From contig CAWIIB010000009.1 of the NCBI GenBank assembly GCA_963836075.1, positions 3,136,001 to 3,200,000 on the forward strand: DNA of 64,000 nt, in the 5' to 3' direction. Of this stretch, positions 43,101-52,865 are shown in pieces (position 1 is the stretch's first letter; every line of letters starts with the position of its first letter). Under the pieces are notes generated by a model, which was given only the letters and a program-made list of their open reading frames with translations, searched no databases and had not been told where the DNA came from. The translations under genes and the position numbers were made by a program. Source of the stretch: an uncultured Acidobacteriota bacterium. Its GTDB lineage: Bacteria > Acidobacteriota > JAQAZP01.

Positions 43101-45602
43101 CCGGCCGGCCAGCTTGACCCGCTGGGCCTCACCCCCGGAAAGGGTGCTCAGCGGCTGGCCCAGGCGCAGGTAGCCCAGGCCCACGGTGACCAGCGGCTTC
43201 AGCGCCTGGAGGACCTTGCCGCCGAAGAAGGCCGAGGCTTCGGAGGCGGTCATCTCCAGCACCTCGGCGATGTTGCGGCCTCGCAGCCGCACCTCCAGCA
43301 CCTCGTCCTTGTAGCGGCTGCCGCCGCACTCGGGGCAGGGGAGGTAGATGTCGGAGAGAAACTGCATCTCCACCTTCTCGTGGCCGCTGCCGCTGCAGGT
43401 GGGACAGCGGCCGTCATCGACGTTGAAGGAAAAGGTCCCGGCGTTGAACCCGCGCCGCTCGGCCAGTTCGGTGGCGGCGAACTGGGCCCTGATGGGGGCG
43501 AAGGCCTTGAGGTAGGTGGCGGCATTGGCCCGGGGACTGGACCCCACCGGCGCCTGGTCCACCAGTACCACGTCGGAGAGACGCTCCGCGCCGCGGATGC
43601 CTCTGCAGCGCCCCGGGGGGGCGTGGGGCCGTTGGGGTTTGCCCAGCGCGCGGCGCAGGTTGCGGTAGAGCACCTCCTCCACCAGGGTGCTCTTGCCCGA
43701 ACCGGAGACCCCGGTTACGCAGGTGAGCAGACCGAAGTCGATGCGGACGTCCACCCCCTTGAGGTTGTGCTCGGCGGCGCCCAGCAGACGCACGTTCCGC
43801 CCCCGCCTGGACCGGCGCCGTCCGGCCGGCGGTCTGATCCGCTCGATGCCGGCCAGGTAGCGGCCGGTTCTCGATTCGGCGCAGGCCGCAAGTTCCGCCG
43901 CCGGGCCCTGGTAGACCACCCGGCCCCCCTCTTCGCCCGCGCCGGGTCCCAGGTCCACCGCGTGGTCCGCCGCCCGCATCATCTCCGGGTCGTGCTCCAC
44001 CACCACCACGGTGTTGCCCGCGTCACGCAGCCCCTGGAGCACCTCCACCAGCCGGCCCACGTCCCGGGGGTGCAGGCCGATGCTCGGTTCGTCCAGCACG
44101 AATAGCGTGTTGACCAGCGCCGTGCCCAGGGCGGTGGTCAGGCCGATCCGCTCCACCTCGCCGCCGGAGAGGGTGCGGGACTGCCGGGCGAGGGTGATGT
44201 AGCCCAGGCCCACCCGGCAGAGGTAGTCGAGGCGGTTGCGTACCTCGTCGAGGATCATCCTCGTGGCCGGGTCGTCGGCAAGCTCGGTTTCGATGTGCCG
44301 CAGCCAGCCGAGGGAGCCGTCCACCGGCAGGGCGTTGAAATCGGACAGGGTCAGGCCGCCCAGCCGGTAGAGCAGGGCCTCGGGCTGCAGCCGGGAGCCG
44401 CCGCAGGCGCTGCAGGTGCGGTAGCGCCGGTAGCGGGAGAGCTTCACCCGCACGTGCATCTTGTACGACTTGGTCTCCAGCCATTCAAAATACCCGGCCA
44501 CACCGGGGAAGTCGTCGGTGCCCTCCCAGATCAGACGGCGCGCCTCCCGGTCCAGCTTTCTCCAGGGCACGTCCAACGGGATGCCCCGGCGGCGGCAGAA
44601 GGCGGCCAGCTCCTGCTGGGCCTCGATGAAGGAGCCGGTGGCCCACGGTTTCACCGGGCCCTGGGCAATGGTCTTGTCCCGGTCGGGGACCACCAGCTCG
44701 GGGTCGATTTCGATGATCCGGCCGAACCCCTTGCACCGGGGGCAGGCGCCCACCGGGTCGTTGAAGGAGAAGAGGTTGGGAGAGGGCGGATCGTAGGCGA
44801 TGTCGCAACTTGCGCAGTGGCGGCCGGTGGAGAAGTGCCGCCGCCGATTCTCCCCGGGGAGGAAGACCAGAGCCTTGCCGCGGCCCAGGTCGAGCGCAGC
44901 CTCCAGCGAGCCGGTGATCCGTCCGCTCTCCGCCGGGTCGATGACCAGCCGGTCCAGCACCACCTCGATCAGTTTGCCGCGCCGCCGCTGGGGAATCCCC
45001 TCGAGACCCGCCACCTCCCCGCCGGCGATCACCCGCAGCAGACCCTGGCTCTCCAGGGCCCGGCGCACGTCCGCGGCCGGCAGCCGGCGGGGCACGCTGA
45101 GCGGCATGGCCACCACTGCCTTGCGGCCCGGCCAGGCCTCCAGCAGTTCCCGGCAGATCGATTCCGGCGTGTCGGGGTGCACCGGTTCGCCGCAGCCCCG
45201 GCAATGCAGGGTGGCGGTGCGGGCAAAGAGCAGCTTCAGGTGGTCCTGCAGTTCGGTCATCGTGCCCACGGTTGAGCGCGAACTCTTCAGCGGATCGGTG
45301 CCCTGGATGGCGATGGCCGGGGGGATGCTGATGATACGCCGCACGTCCGGCGGGTTCATCCGGTCGAGGAACTGCCGGGCGTAGGGGGAAAAGGTCTCCA
45401 CGTAGCGTCGCTGGCCTTCGGCGTAGAGCGTATCGAAAGCCAGCGAGGATTTGCCCGAGCCGCTGACTCCGGAGATCACGGTGATCTGCTGCAGCGGCAG
45501 GTCGATGTCCACACCCCTGAGGTTGTGCTGCCTGGCCCCCCGGACCCGGATCACCTCCCGCTTTGCCCGGATCTTTCCTGCTTTCCCGTCCGCCGGTTTC
45601 AT
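40137..45602 (-). CDS. uvrA: Double-length excinuclease ABC subunit A (tandem-fused UvrA)
   Basis: Four GVSGSGKS Walker A motifs; two [22 protein letters not shown] halves; multiple CxxC Zn modules. Confidence 0.93.
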   Translation of the reverse strand: MKPADGKAGKIRAKREVIRVRGARQHNLRGVDIDLPLQQITVISGVSGSGKSSLAFDTLYAEGQRRYVETFSPYARQFLDRMNPPDVRRIISIPPAIAIQGTDPLKSSRSTVGTMTELQDHLKLLFARTATLHCRGCGEPVHPDTPESICRELLEAWPGRKAVVAMPLSVPRRLPAADVRRALESQGLLRVIAGGEVAGLEGIPQRRRGKLIEVVLDRLVIDPAESGRITGSLEAALDLGRGKALVFLPGENRRRHFSTGRHCASCDIAYDPPSPNLFSFNDPVGACPRCKGFGRIIEIDPELVVPDRDKTIAQGPVKPWATGSFIEAQQELAAFCRRRGIPLDVPWRKLDREARRLIWEGTDDFPGVAGYFEWLETKSYKMHVRVKLSRYRRYRTCSACGGSRLQPEALLYRLGGLTLSDFNALPVDGSLGWLRHIETELADDPATRMILDEVRNRLDYLCRVGLGYITLARQSRTLSGGEVERIGLTTALGTALVNTLFVLDEPSIGLHPRDVGRLVEVLQGLRDAGNTVVVVEHDPEMMRAADHAVDLGPGAGEEGGRVVYQGPAAELAACAESRTGRYLAGIERIRPPAGRRRSRRGRNVRLLGAAEHNLKGVDVRIDFGLLTCVTGVSGSGKSTLVEEVLYRNLRRALGKPQRPHAPPGRCRGIRGAERLSDVVLVDQAPVGSSPRANAATYLKAFAPIRAQFAATELAERRGFNAGTFSFNVDDGRCPTCSGSGHEKVEMQFLSDIYLPCPECGGSRYKDEVLEVRLRGRNIAEVLEMTASEASAFFGGKVLQALKPLVTVGLGYLRLGQPLSTLSGGEAQRVKLAGRMGPGVRPADKPALFLFDEPTTGLHPADVAQLLRAWEPLLDAGHGLVVIEHHLDVIAAADRVIDLGPEGGELGGRVVAQGTPEEVAADPGSHTGRYLARHLELFSVAEPPAPAYPAPVSPARTKKRALRTAPDNGRAVVIQGARQHNLRNIRVEVPLNRLVAVTGVSGSGKSSLAFDVLFAEGQRRYLDSLSTYVRQYVRPLTRPDVDRISGIPPTVAIEQRTSRGSRRSTVATLTEIYPYLRLLFTRVGLQHCPDCGIAIGARQRTSVAAAVAREYRGQAILIHAPLVRSRKGFHRELARWAARKGFETLRVDGETVASRKFPDLARFKEHDIETLVGRFSLPASGRRVSSGLREAVDLALQVGDGLLLVSAAGRPGPGELFSTRRSCPGCGSGFPEPDPRMFSFHSPLGHCPQCRGSGIAGAPDEEENGRPKRPVTAEPCPVCNGKRLNPAALAVKVGDLSIADLTALNVVRAGEALAGGLGLDQRQLRVARVIIAETASRLAFLREVGLDYLGLDRAADTLSTGEAQRIRLAAQLGSNLRGVLYVLDEPTIGLHPRDNRRLVATLKKLRRKGNTVVVVEHDEMTIRSADHVIDLGPGAGSGGGELVAVGRPAEIARDRRSVTGRWLRQGKRARRAAAARTVRTPSGGIRITGASEHNLKDIDVVIPTGIFSCVTGVSGSGKSTLVRDVLHRNVRQLLSRSRRRTSATPVGRCRSVEGAQLVSRAVEVDQSPIGRTPRSVPATYVGFYDRIRRLFAGLPESRLRGYGPGRFSFNVKQGRCPNCEGQGRLRAAMSFLPDVFVPCTVCAGRRFEPETLEVRFRGRSIAGVLEMTVAEARELFSEVSAIHRPLTLLEEIGLGYLPLGQPSPTLSGGEAQRIKLAAELAAAGTDGGDTLYLLEEPTTGLHAGDVARLATVLERLADAGNTVVVIEHNLDLIARADHVIDLGPEGGDAGGRLVAQGPPRDLACTPDRSHTCRELAEYFGKR

Positions 45603-45774
45603 GGTGCTGCTCCGTATGTTCCTGCCTGCCACCGGCCCCGGATGGTGGGTGGCGCCGGAAGCGAAGAGCATAGCAGGATTTTCGGGACAAGCACATCGAA
45701 ACAGCGTCCCGTAAGCTCCGGCCGGGGCCTCTTCTCCGGCGCTCAGCCCGGCCGATTTGTGACCGCCCCCATGG

Positions 45775-45804
45775 TTGACCCGGCCACTTTTGCCGTGCTA
45801 GACT
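45775..45804 (+). promoter_or_regulatory. Sigma70 promoter of cyanophycin operon
   Basis: TTGACC-18 nt-TAGACT with TG extended -10. Confidence 0.55.
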
Positions 45805-45878
45805 TCATCCCCTAATTCCTACATAGATAAGAGGCTTACGCACTGCCGCAGGGCAGGCGGCCAACATCCGGTGAATCC

Positions 45879-46691
45879 GTGAAGAGAAACGAACAGTTCA
45901 AGGCCAGGCGGGGGTATCTCGTCCTCATCGGCGGTGCCGAGGACCGTACCGGCCAGAAGGAAATACTCCGCCGCACCGTCGAGCTCAACGGTGCGAGCAT
46001 AGTTTCCGTAATCCCCAGTGCCAGCCGCCACCCGGTGGAACTGGCCCGGCAGTATCGTCGGGCCTTTCGTGCACTGGGCGTCAGCCGGGTGCACACCCTC
46101 GACATCCGCAGCCGTGTCGAAGCCGACCTGAACCGTCATGCCGAGCGGATCGCCGAGTCGGACCTGATCTTCTTCACCGGCGGCGACCAGGTTCGTCTGG
46201 TGCGCCTGCTGGGAAACAGCCGGGTGATCGAAGAGGCCCGGCAGCGGTTGCGCCAGGGCGCCACGGTGGCCGGGAGCAGCGCCGGAGCCGCCGCGGCCAG
46301 CGACCCCATGCTCTACGACGGCCAGCTCAAGGGACTGCACAAGGGCCGCGTGCGGCACAGCCACGGGTTCGGCTTCATCAGGGGCATCACCATCGATACC
46401 CATTTCATCCAGCGCAACCGTATCGGCCGCCTGGCCCAGTTTCTGGTCAGCAGCCGCAACGACCGCGGTATCGGGCTCAGCGAGGATACGGCACTGATCA
46501 TCGGGCCGGGGGGCATCGGTGAAGTGGTGGGCCGCGGCACGGTGATCATCCTCAACTCCGAGGGGCTCCGCTACAGCAATTACAAGGAGAGTGAACTGGA
46601 TACGCCCATCTCCCTGCATGGGCTCATGCTGGGCTTTCTCTCGTCCGGCATCCGGTTCAACATCCGGCGGTGGTCCGTTGTGAAATCGTGA
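45879..46691 (+). CDS. cphB: Cyanophycinase (peptidase S51), cytoplasmic
   Basis: LIGGAED, FFTGGDQ, GSSAGA (Ser), IDTHF (His), RNRIGRL, GIGLSEDTA (Glu); no signal peptide. Confidence 0.92.
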   Translation: MKRNEQFKARRGYLVLIGGAEDRTGQKEILRRTVELNGASIVSVIPSASRHPVELARQYRRAFRALGVSRVHTLDIRSRVEADLNRHAERIAESDLIFFTGGDQVRLVRLLGNSRVIEEARQRLRQGATVAGSSAGAAAASDPMLYDGQLKGLHKGRVRHSHGFGFIRGITIDTHFIQRNRIGRLAQFLVSSRNDRGIGLSEDTALIIGPGGIGEVVGRGTVIILNSEGLRYSNYKESELDTPISLHGLMLGFLSSGIRFNIRRWSVVKS

Positions 46692-46713
46692 GAAACGGGA
46701 AAGGAGAGTCCTG

Positions 46714-48603
46714 ATGCAAGATTTCACGGTGCACTCATTCCAGAATTTCATTGGCCCGAATTTCTATCTCGACCGGCAGGCGCTGGTGATCAACCTGCTG
46801 CTGGCCCCGGCAGGTCCCGAGGTGGATTTTTACCGCGATGCGGTGCTGGAAAAGTTCCCCACGCTGGAGCAACGGTACCCGGACCGGGTGGCCGAGCTCT
46901 ACGCGCAGGTCCTGATCCAGGTGATGAAGATGGACATCGACCTGTTCATCAGCAAGTACGCGGTGCACGGCGACGGGGACGACGTCCTGGTGGCGGTGGA
47001 GTATCTGGATAACCTGATTGCCCGGAACTGCGCCGAGTTCGTCTCCCACTGGTTCCGCGCGCTGAACGACGAGGCGTCCTTTGATTTCGACGGCGGCTTC
47101 GTCAAGCTGCAGCAAGAGTTCGACGCCACCGTCTTTGGCGGCCCCACCATCTACTCCCTGATCGAAGCGGGTCTGAAGCGCGACATACCGGTGCTCTACC
47201 TCTACGAGGAAAACGTCTTCATGTGGGGCTACGGCAAGCGGCATGTCCGCGGGCGGTCCACCACTTTCCACACCGACTCGATCAAGGACACCGAGTTCAC
47301 CACCTATAAGGACATGGTCAAGGACTTCCTGCTGATGTGCGGGTTCCCCACACCCAGCGGCCGCAACACCTTCACCGCCGATGACGCGGTGGCCGAAGCC
47401 CACGTGCAGGGCTACCCGGTGGTGGTCAAGCCGCTGGCCGGGCACAAGGGGCAGGGGGTGACCACCGGGATCAAGTCCGACGCCGAAGTGCGCACGGCGT
47501 TCGGCAAGATCCTCGAGTCGTGCCGCGAGGAGGGGGTTTCTTTTGACGGGGCCATCGTGGAGAAGGAGATCTACGGCACCGACCACCGCCTGCTCACGGT
47601 CAACGGCAAATTTGTCGCGGCCCTGGAACGGGTGCCGGCCTATGTGGACGGGGACGGGAAGAACAGCATCAGCGACTTGATCGCCATGGAGAACGACACC
47701 GTGGTCCGCCTGGACAACGCCCGTTCGCCGCTGTGCAAGATCAACATCGACGACGATCTGCGGGAATTCCTCCAGCTGCAGGACCTGTCCCTGGACGTGG
47801 TGCCGGAGAAGGGCCAGCGGATCTATCTGCGGCGGGTGGCCAACATCTCGGCCGGCGGTGTCTCGATCAACGTCACCGACAGGATGCACCCGAAAAACGT
47901 GAAGATGGTGGAGGACATCGCCAAGTTTATCGAGGTGGGGATTCTCGGCATCGACGTGCTGGCCGAGGACATCTCCAAGCCGTGGGACGAGGGGAGTTTC
48001 GGCATCATCGAGATCAACGCCGGGCCCGGCGTGTTCATGCACCTGGCCCCGGCCATCGGCGAGTCGATCGACGTGCCGGGCAAGGTGATGGAGGGCCACT
48101 TCCCGCCGCCGGCCCGGGGGCGGGTGCCGATCATCGCCGGCAACCGGATCGACAGCGGGTTGGCCGGCGAGATCCACAGGATGCTGGACGGCATACGGCC
48201 GGGTCTGGAGTTCGGCGCCCTCACCGCCGACGGCATCCACTTCAACGGCGAGTATTTCCACAACAACAAGCACCACGACGACAACGCCAAGCTGCTGCTG
48301 CGCAACCCGAAGCTCGACGCGGCGCTGTTCAGCCACACCGCGGACCAGATCGACGACTACGGGATGGTGCACCAGGGCGCCGACCTGGTGATCCTGGAAG
48401 AGCCGGAAGGCCCGGAGTCGATAGTGCGGCGCGACCTGCTGCCCGGCGGCTGGCTGGTTGAGGCCGGGGAGGGCCGGGCGGTGATGACCCGGGACGGCGA
48501 GGAGGTGGGCCGACTCTCCTTCGATGAAGCCGGCGGCCGGGACGCGGCGCTGCTCGACCTGGTGGGCCGGGTGTCCGCTGAACTGCTCTCGAAATACGAA
48601 TGA
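46714..48603 (+). CDS. cphA2: Cyanophycin synthetase 2-like (beta-Asp-Arg dipeptide polymerase)
   Basis: 629 aa; GPNFYL, VFGGPTIYSL, RGRSTTF, KPLAGHKGQGVT, RVANISAGGVSI, EINAGPGVFMHL, LLRNPKLD; no Mur P-loop. Matches cyanobacterial CphA2 layout from recall, not a search. Confidence 0.75.
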   Translation: MQDFTVHSFQNFIGPNFYLDRQALVINLLLAPAGPEVDFYRDAVLEKFPTLEQRYPDRVAELYAQVLIQVMKMDIDLFISKYAVHGDGDDVLVAVEYLDNLIARNCAEFVSHWFRALNDEASFDFDGGFVKLQQEFDATVFGGPTIYSLIEAGLKRDIPVLYLYEENVFMWGYGKRHVRGRSTTFHTDSIKDTEFTTYKDMVKDFLLMCGFPTPSGRNTFTADDAVAEAHVQGYPVVVKPLAGHKGQGVTTGIKSDAEVRTAFGKILESCREEGVSFDGAIVEKEIYGTDHRLLTVNGKFVAALERVPAYVDGDGKNSISDLIAMENDTVVRLDNARSPLCKINIDDDLREFLQLQDLSLDVVPEKGQRIYLRRVANISAGGVSINVTDRMHPKNVKMVEDIAKFIEVGILGIDVLAEDISKPWDEGSFGIIEINAGPGVFMHLAPAIGESIDVPGKVMEGHFPPPARGRVPIIAGNRIDSGLAGEIHRMLDGIRPGLEFGALTADGIHFNGEYFHNNKHHDDNAKLLLRNPKLDAALFSHTADQIDDYGMVHQGADLVILEEPEGPESIVRRDLLPGGWLVEAGEGRAVMTRDGEEVGRLSFDEAGGRDAALLDLVGRVSAELLSKYE

Positions 48604-48642
48604 AGCGGGGAGCCGGACCATACCCCGCGCGGAGGGAAGAGG

Positions 48643-49803
48643 ATGATTCTGTTCAAGGGATGTGATCTTTACTCACCCGAACCCCGGGGTGTGAAGGATG
48701 TGCTGGTGGCCGGGGGGCGGGTGGTGGCCGTGGCGGACACCATCGGCGAACCGGCCGGGGTGGAGGTGGAAGTGATCTCCGCCGGCGGGCTGAAAATGGT
48801 CCCCGGTTTTGTCGACGGGCATGTGCACACCGCCGGCGCCGGCGGCGAAGGCGGGCCGGCCACCCGCACGCCGGAGATGCCGCTCTCCTACCTGCTGGAG
48901 GCCGGGGTCACCACGGTGATCGGCTGCCTGGGCACCGACGGACTGACCCGTTCGGTGGAGAGCGTGCTGATGAAGACCAAGGCGCTCAGGGCCGAGGGGG
49001 TCTCCGCGTTCATGCTCACCGGGGCCTACCAGGTCCCCACCCCCACCATCCTTGGTGACGTGGGCAAGGACATCGCCATGATCGACGAGGTGATCGGGGC
49101 GGGGGAGATCGCCGTCTCCGACCACCGCAGTTCCGGGCCCACGGTGGACGAGCTGATCAAACTGGTGGCCCACGCCCGGGTGGGCGGCATGCTGGGCGGC
49201 AAGGGCGGCATCGTCAACTTCCACATGGGCGACGCCAAAAACCCCTTCCAGATCCTCCACGACGTGGTCTCGCGCAGTGAACTTAAATACACCCAGTTCC
49301 TGCCCACCCACTGCAACCGCAACGACTACATCTTCGAGGACACCAAGACGTACGGCAAGACCGGCTACGTCGATATCACCGCCAGCTCCTGGCCCTTCTT
49401 CCCCGAATACGAGACCAAACCGTCCAAGGCCATTGTCCAGCTGCTGGCCGCCGGTGTCCCGCTGGAGCACATCACCATGACCTCCGACGGCTGCGGGTCG
49501 CTGCCCGACTTCGACGAGCAGGGAAACCTGGTCAAGCTGGAGATGGGCAAGCCCAAGTCAGTGCTCGACGAGCTGCGCGACACGGTGCTGGAGGAGAAAC
49601 TCGGGCTGGACCAGGCGGTGCAGGTGGTGAGCACCAACCCGGCGAGGGTCTTCAAGCTGCCGGGCAAGGGCGTGGTGGCCCCCGGCGCCGACGCCGACCT
49701 GCTGCTGCTGGACGGGGAGTTCCGGGTCCACCACATGGTGGCCCGGGGTGCGATGATGGTGCGGGACGCGGTTGCGCTGACCAGGGGCAGCTACGAAGTC
49801 TGA
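48643..49803 (+). CDS. iadA: Isoaspartyl dipeptidase (beta-aspartyl peptidase)
   Basis: PGFVDGHVH, GAGGEGGPATRTPE, GCLGTDG, GEIAVSDHRSS, FHMGD, PTHCNR, TSDGCGSLP. Confidence 0.94.
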   Translation: MILFKGCDLYSPEPRGVKDVLVAGGRVVAVADTIGEPAGVEVEVISAGGLKMVPGFVDGHVHTAGAGGEGGPATRTPEMPLSYLLEAGVTTVIGCLGTDGLTRSVESVLMKTKALRAEGVSAFMLTGAYQVPTPTILGDVGKDIAMIDEVIGAGEIAVSDHRSSGPTVDELIKLVAHARVGGMLGGKGGIVNFHMGDAKNPFQILHDVVSRSELKYTQFLPTHCNRNDYIFEDTKTYGKTGYVDITASSWPFFPEYETKPSKAIVQLLAAGVPLEHITMTSDGCGSLPDFDEQGNLVKLEMGKPKSVLDELRDTVLEEKLGLDQAVQVVSTNPARVFKLPGKGVVAPGADADLLLLDGEFRVHHMVARGAMMVRDAVALTRGSYEV

Positions 49804-49820
49804 GCCGGAAGGAGAGACAG

Positions 49821-52010
49821 GTGAACGAGGACCAGCCCCAGTGCCATCTCGAGGAGGGGCCGCTCCGGGCGCTGGGCATCAAGGTCCTCGCCGGGCCCAA
49901 CTATTTCAGCGCCGGGCCGGTGGTGGCCCTGCGCCTCGACCTGGGCGCCTTTGACGAAGTCTTCACCGCTGATATCCCCGGCTTTGCCGAGCGGTTGCGC
50001 AGACTGCTCCCTTCGCTGCAGAGCCACCACTGCTCGGTGGGCCAGCCGGGCGGGTTCCTCCTGCGGGTCAGCGAAGGGACCCTGCTGGGCCACGTCACCG
50101 AACACGTGGCCATCGAACTGCAGACCCTGGCCGGGATGGACGTGAGTTACGGCAAGACGCGCAGCACGGCCACCCAGGGGGTGTACAATGTCATCTTCCG
50201 GTTCCTCGACGAGGAGGTGGGCCTTTACACCGCCCGCGCCGCGCTGAACCTGGTCAACTCCATCCTGGAGAAACGCCCCTTTGATCCGGCAGCGGTGATC
50301 GGCGACCTGGTGCGCATCCGCGAGGACCGCCTGCTGGGCCCCAGTACCCGGGCGGTGGTGGACCGGGCCGAGCAGCGGGGCATCCCCTGGTACCGGCTGG
50401 ACCGCTACAACCTGGTGCAGCTGGGCACCGGCAAATACCAGAAGCGGGTCCGGGCCACCGTCACCTCGGACACCAGCCTGCTGGCGGTGGAAACCGCGGA
50501 CGACAAGTATCTGACCAACAGCATGCTCGCCGATGCCGGCGTTCCGGTGCCCCCCACGGTGCTGGCCACCGCCGCCGCCGCAGTGGAGGCCTTCCGCAAG
50601 CAGCATCGAACGCCGCTGGTGGTCAAACCGTGCGCCGGGCACCTGGGTCAGGGAATCACCCTGGGGACGTCGACGCCTCAGGCCGTGGAGGAGGCCGTGG
50701 CCCGGGCCCTGCAGTTCGACGACTCGATCATCGCCCAGCCGCAGGTGCCCGGGGAGAGCTACCGCCTGCTGGTGATCAACGGGCAGTGCGTGGCGGCGGC
50801 CCGGCTGGTCCCGCCAATGGTCACCGGTGACGGGCGGCAGACGGTGGAGCAGCTGGTGGCCGGGCTGAACAGCGACCCGGCGCGCGGGGTGGGCGACAAA
50901 TCGAAGCTGAGCCTGGTGGAACCGGACGAGGAGACCGAACGGATTCTCCATCTGGGCGGCCTGACCATGGGCTCGGTGCTGCCCGCCGGCCAATCGTTGG
51001 CTCTCACCATCTCGGGTAACCTGCGCCTGGGCGGGGCGAGCCACGATATCACCGACCAGGTCCACCCGATGAACCGCATGCTCGCCGAGCGGGCGGCGCG
51101 GGCCCTGGGGCTGGACGTGGCCGGTGTGGACGTGGTGGCCCCGTCGCTGGAGCAGTCGATCCTCGACAACGGCGGGGTGGTGATCGAGGTGGGGGCGGCG
51201 CCCGACTTCCGCCTGCACCTCAACCCGCTGTCCGGCCGTCCGCGCGATGTGGCCGTCCCCTTCGTGGAGATGCTCTTCCCCGACGGCGGCCACGGCCGGG
51301 TGCCGGTGGTGGCGGTCACCGGCACCGATGGCAAGACCACCACCGTGGACATCCTGCACCACTGCCTCGCCAGCACCGGCTACCGGGTGGGCCGGGCCAC
51401 CTCCCGGGGGCTGATGGTGGGCGAGGAGGTGCTGATCCGGGGCGAGATGACCGGCTTCGAGAGCGCGGCGATGACCCTGCGCGACCCGACCATCGACTGC
51501 GCCCTGCTGGAAGTGCCGGTGGAGACGATTCTCGACCGCGGCCTGGGCTACCAGTTTGCCGACATCGCCGTGGTGCTCAATCTGCGTGACGAGGGGCTGC
51601 TCTACGACGAGGCCGCGATCATGGAGGACATCGCCTACGCCCACTCGGTGGTTGCCGAACAGGTCTACGAGGACGGGCACACCGTGCTCAACGCCGATGA
51701 CCAGCTGGTCCTCGAGATGGGGGAACGTCTCTACAGCACACCGGTGCTCTTTTCGCGGGATCCGGGTAACCCGGCGGTGGTTGAGCTGGCCGCGGCCGGC
51801 GGCCGGGTGGTGACGGTGGAGGATGGACAGGTGGTGGTCATCGACCGGGGTGAACGGACCCAACTGACCGCGCTGGAAGCCATCCCCCTGCTGGCCGGCG
51901 AGGACGGTACTCTGAACCTGGACAACGTGCTGGCCGCGTCAGCGGTCCTCTACTGTTTCGGCGCCTCCGTGGAGCGGATCACCGAAACCCTGCTGGGGTT
52001 CAGAAAGTAA
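49821..52010 (+). CDS. cphA: Cyanophycin synthetase 1-like protein, C-terminally short with degenerate ligase motifs
   Basis: GPNYFS, Cx19HxxEH, LGPST, VQLGTGKYQKR, VTGTDGKTTT; ends at LLGFRK before the Mur lid domain. Confidence 0.8.
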   Translation: MNEDQPQCHLEEGPLRALGIKVLAGPNYFSAGPVVALRLDLGAFDEVFTADIPGFAERLRRLLPSLQSHHCSVGQPGGFLLRVSEGTLLGHVTEHVAIELQTLAGMDVSYGKTRSTATQGVYNVIFRFLDEEVGLYTARAALNLVNSILEKRPFDPAAVIGDLVRIREDRLLGPSTRAVVDRAEQRGIPWYRLDRYNLVQLGTGKYQKRVRATVTSDTSLLAVETADDKYLTNSMLADAGVPVPPTVLATAAAAVEAFRKQHRTPLVVKPCAGHLGQGITLGTSTPQAVEEAVARALQFDDSIIAQPQVPGESYRLLVINGQCVAAARLVPPMVTGDGRQTVEQLVAGLNSDPARGVGDKSKLSLVEPDEETERILHLGGLTMGSVLPAGQSLALTISGNLRLGGASHDITDQVHPMNRMLAERAARALGLDVAGVDVVAPSLEQSILDNGGVVIEVGAAPDFRLHLNPLSGRPRDVAVPFVEMLFPDGGHGRVPVVAVTGTDGKTTTVDILHHCLASTGYRVGRATSRGLMVGEEVLIRGEMTGFESAAMTLRDPTIDCALLEVPVETILDRGLGYQFADIAVVLNLRDEGLLYDEAAIMEDIAYAHSVVAEQVYEDGHTVLNADDQLVLEMGERLYSTPVLFSRDPGNPAVVELAAAGGRVVTVEDGQVVVIDRGERTQLTALEAIPLLAGEDGTLNLDNVLAASAVLYCFGASVERITETLLGFRK

Positions 52011-52039
52011 AAATGGGGACGGTAAACGTCCCCATTTTT
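52009..52039. terminator. Bidirectional terminator
   Basis: AAAAATGGGGACG-GTAAA-CGTCCCCATTTTT between convergent stop codons. Confidence 0.8.
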
Positions 52040-52758
52040 TACACCCGGCCGAAGAGCTGCAGCAGCCGCAGCTTGAACACCACCCAGATCGATTCCCAGA
52101 TGATCGATTTGGAGATCTTCGACTGCCCTTCACGCCGTTCCTGGAAGATGATGGGGATCTCACCGAGACGGAACCCCTTTCTCCAGGCCAGAAAGCTCAT
52201 CTCGATCAGGAAGACGTAGCCGTTGGAGCGGATCCCTGCCAGGTCGATGGCCTCCAGCACCTCGCGGCGGTAGCAGCGGTAGCCGCTGGTGATGTCTTTC
52301 AGCGGCAGCCCGGTGACCAGACGGGCATAGAGGTTGGCCCAGGTGCTGAGGATCAACCGCCGCAGGGGCCAGTCCAGCACCCGTACACCGCCGATATAGC
52401 GGGATCCCTGGACCACGTCGAAGCGGCCGGCGGCTTCGATCATCCTGGGGATCTCCCGCGGGTCGTGGGAGAAATCGGCGTCCATGCCGATGATGGTCTG
52501 GTAGCCCCGCTCCAGGGCGAAGTTGAACCCGGCAACGTAGGCCGTTCCCAGCCCCCGCTGGTTCTTGCGCCGGATCAGGTGCAGCCGGCTGGCCTCGGCG
52601 ATCCTGGCTTCCACAACCTCCCAGGTGCGGTCCGGGGAATCGTCGTCCACCACCAGCAGGTCCACCTCGGGTGCGTGGACGAAGATCGCATCGATCATCC
52701 GACCGATGTTCTCCCGCTCTTCGTAGGTTGGAATGACCACCAGGGTGCTGTTCTGCAT
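52039..52758 (-). CDS. Polyprenol monophosphomannose synthase (GT2, Dpm1/Ppm1-like)
   Basis: IPTYEERENI, VDDDSPDRT, GLGTAY, MDADFSHDP, GSRY, DITSGYRCYR, ERREGQSK. Confidence 0.9.
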   Translation of the reverse strand: MQNSTLVVIPTYEERENIGRMIDAIFVHAPEVDLLVVDDDSPDRTWEVVEARIAEASRLHLIRRKNQRGLGTAYVAGFNFALERGYQTIIGMDADFSHDPREIPRMIEAAGRFDVVQGSRYIGGVRVLDWPLRRLILSTWANLYARLVTGLPLKDITSGYRCYRREVLEAIDLAGIRSNGYVFLIEMSFLAWRKGFRLGEIPIIFQERREGQSKISKSIIWESIWVVFKLRLLQLFGRV

Positions 52759-52865
52759 GGTTGTACCGGGTTGGGGGGGATACGATGCCCTCACGGTGGG
52801 ATTGTAGTCCATATCGGGGAAGTCCACAAAGCTCCGGAAGCGGGAGGGGATGGCCGGTTCGGTCT

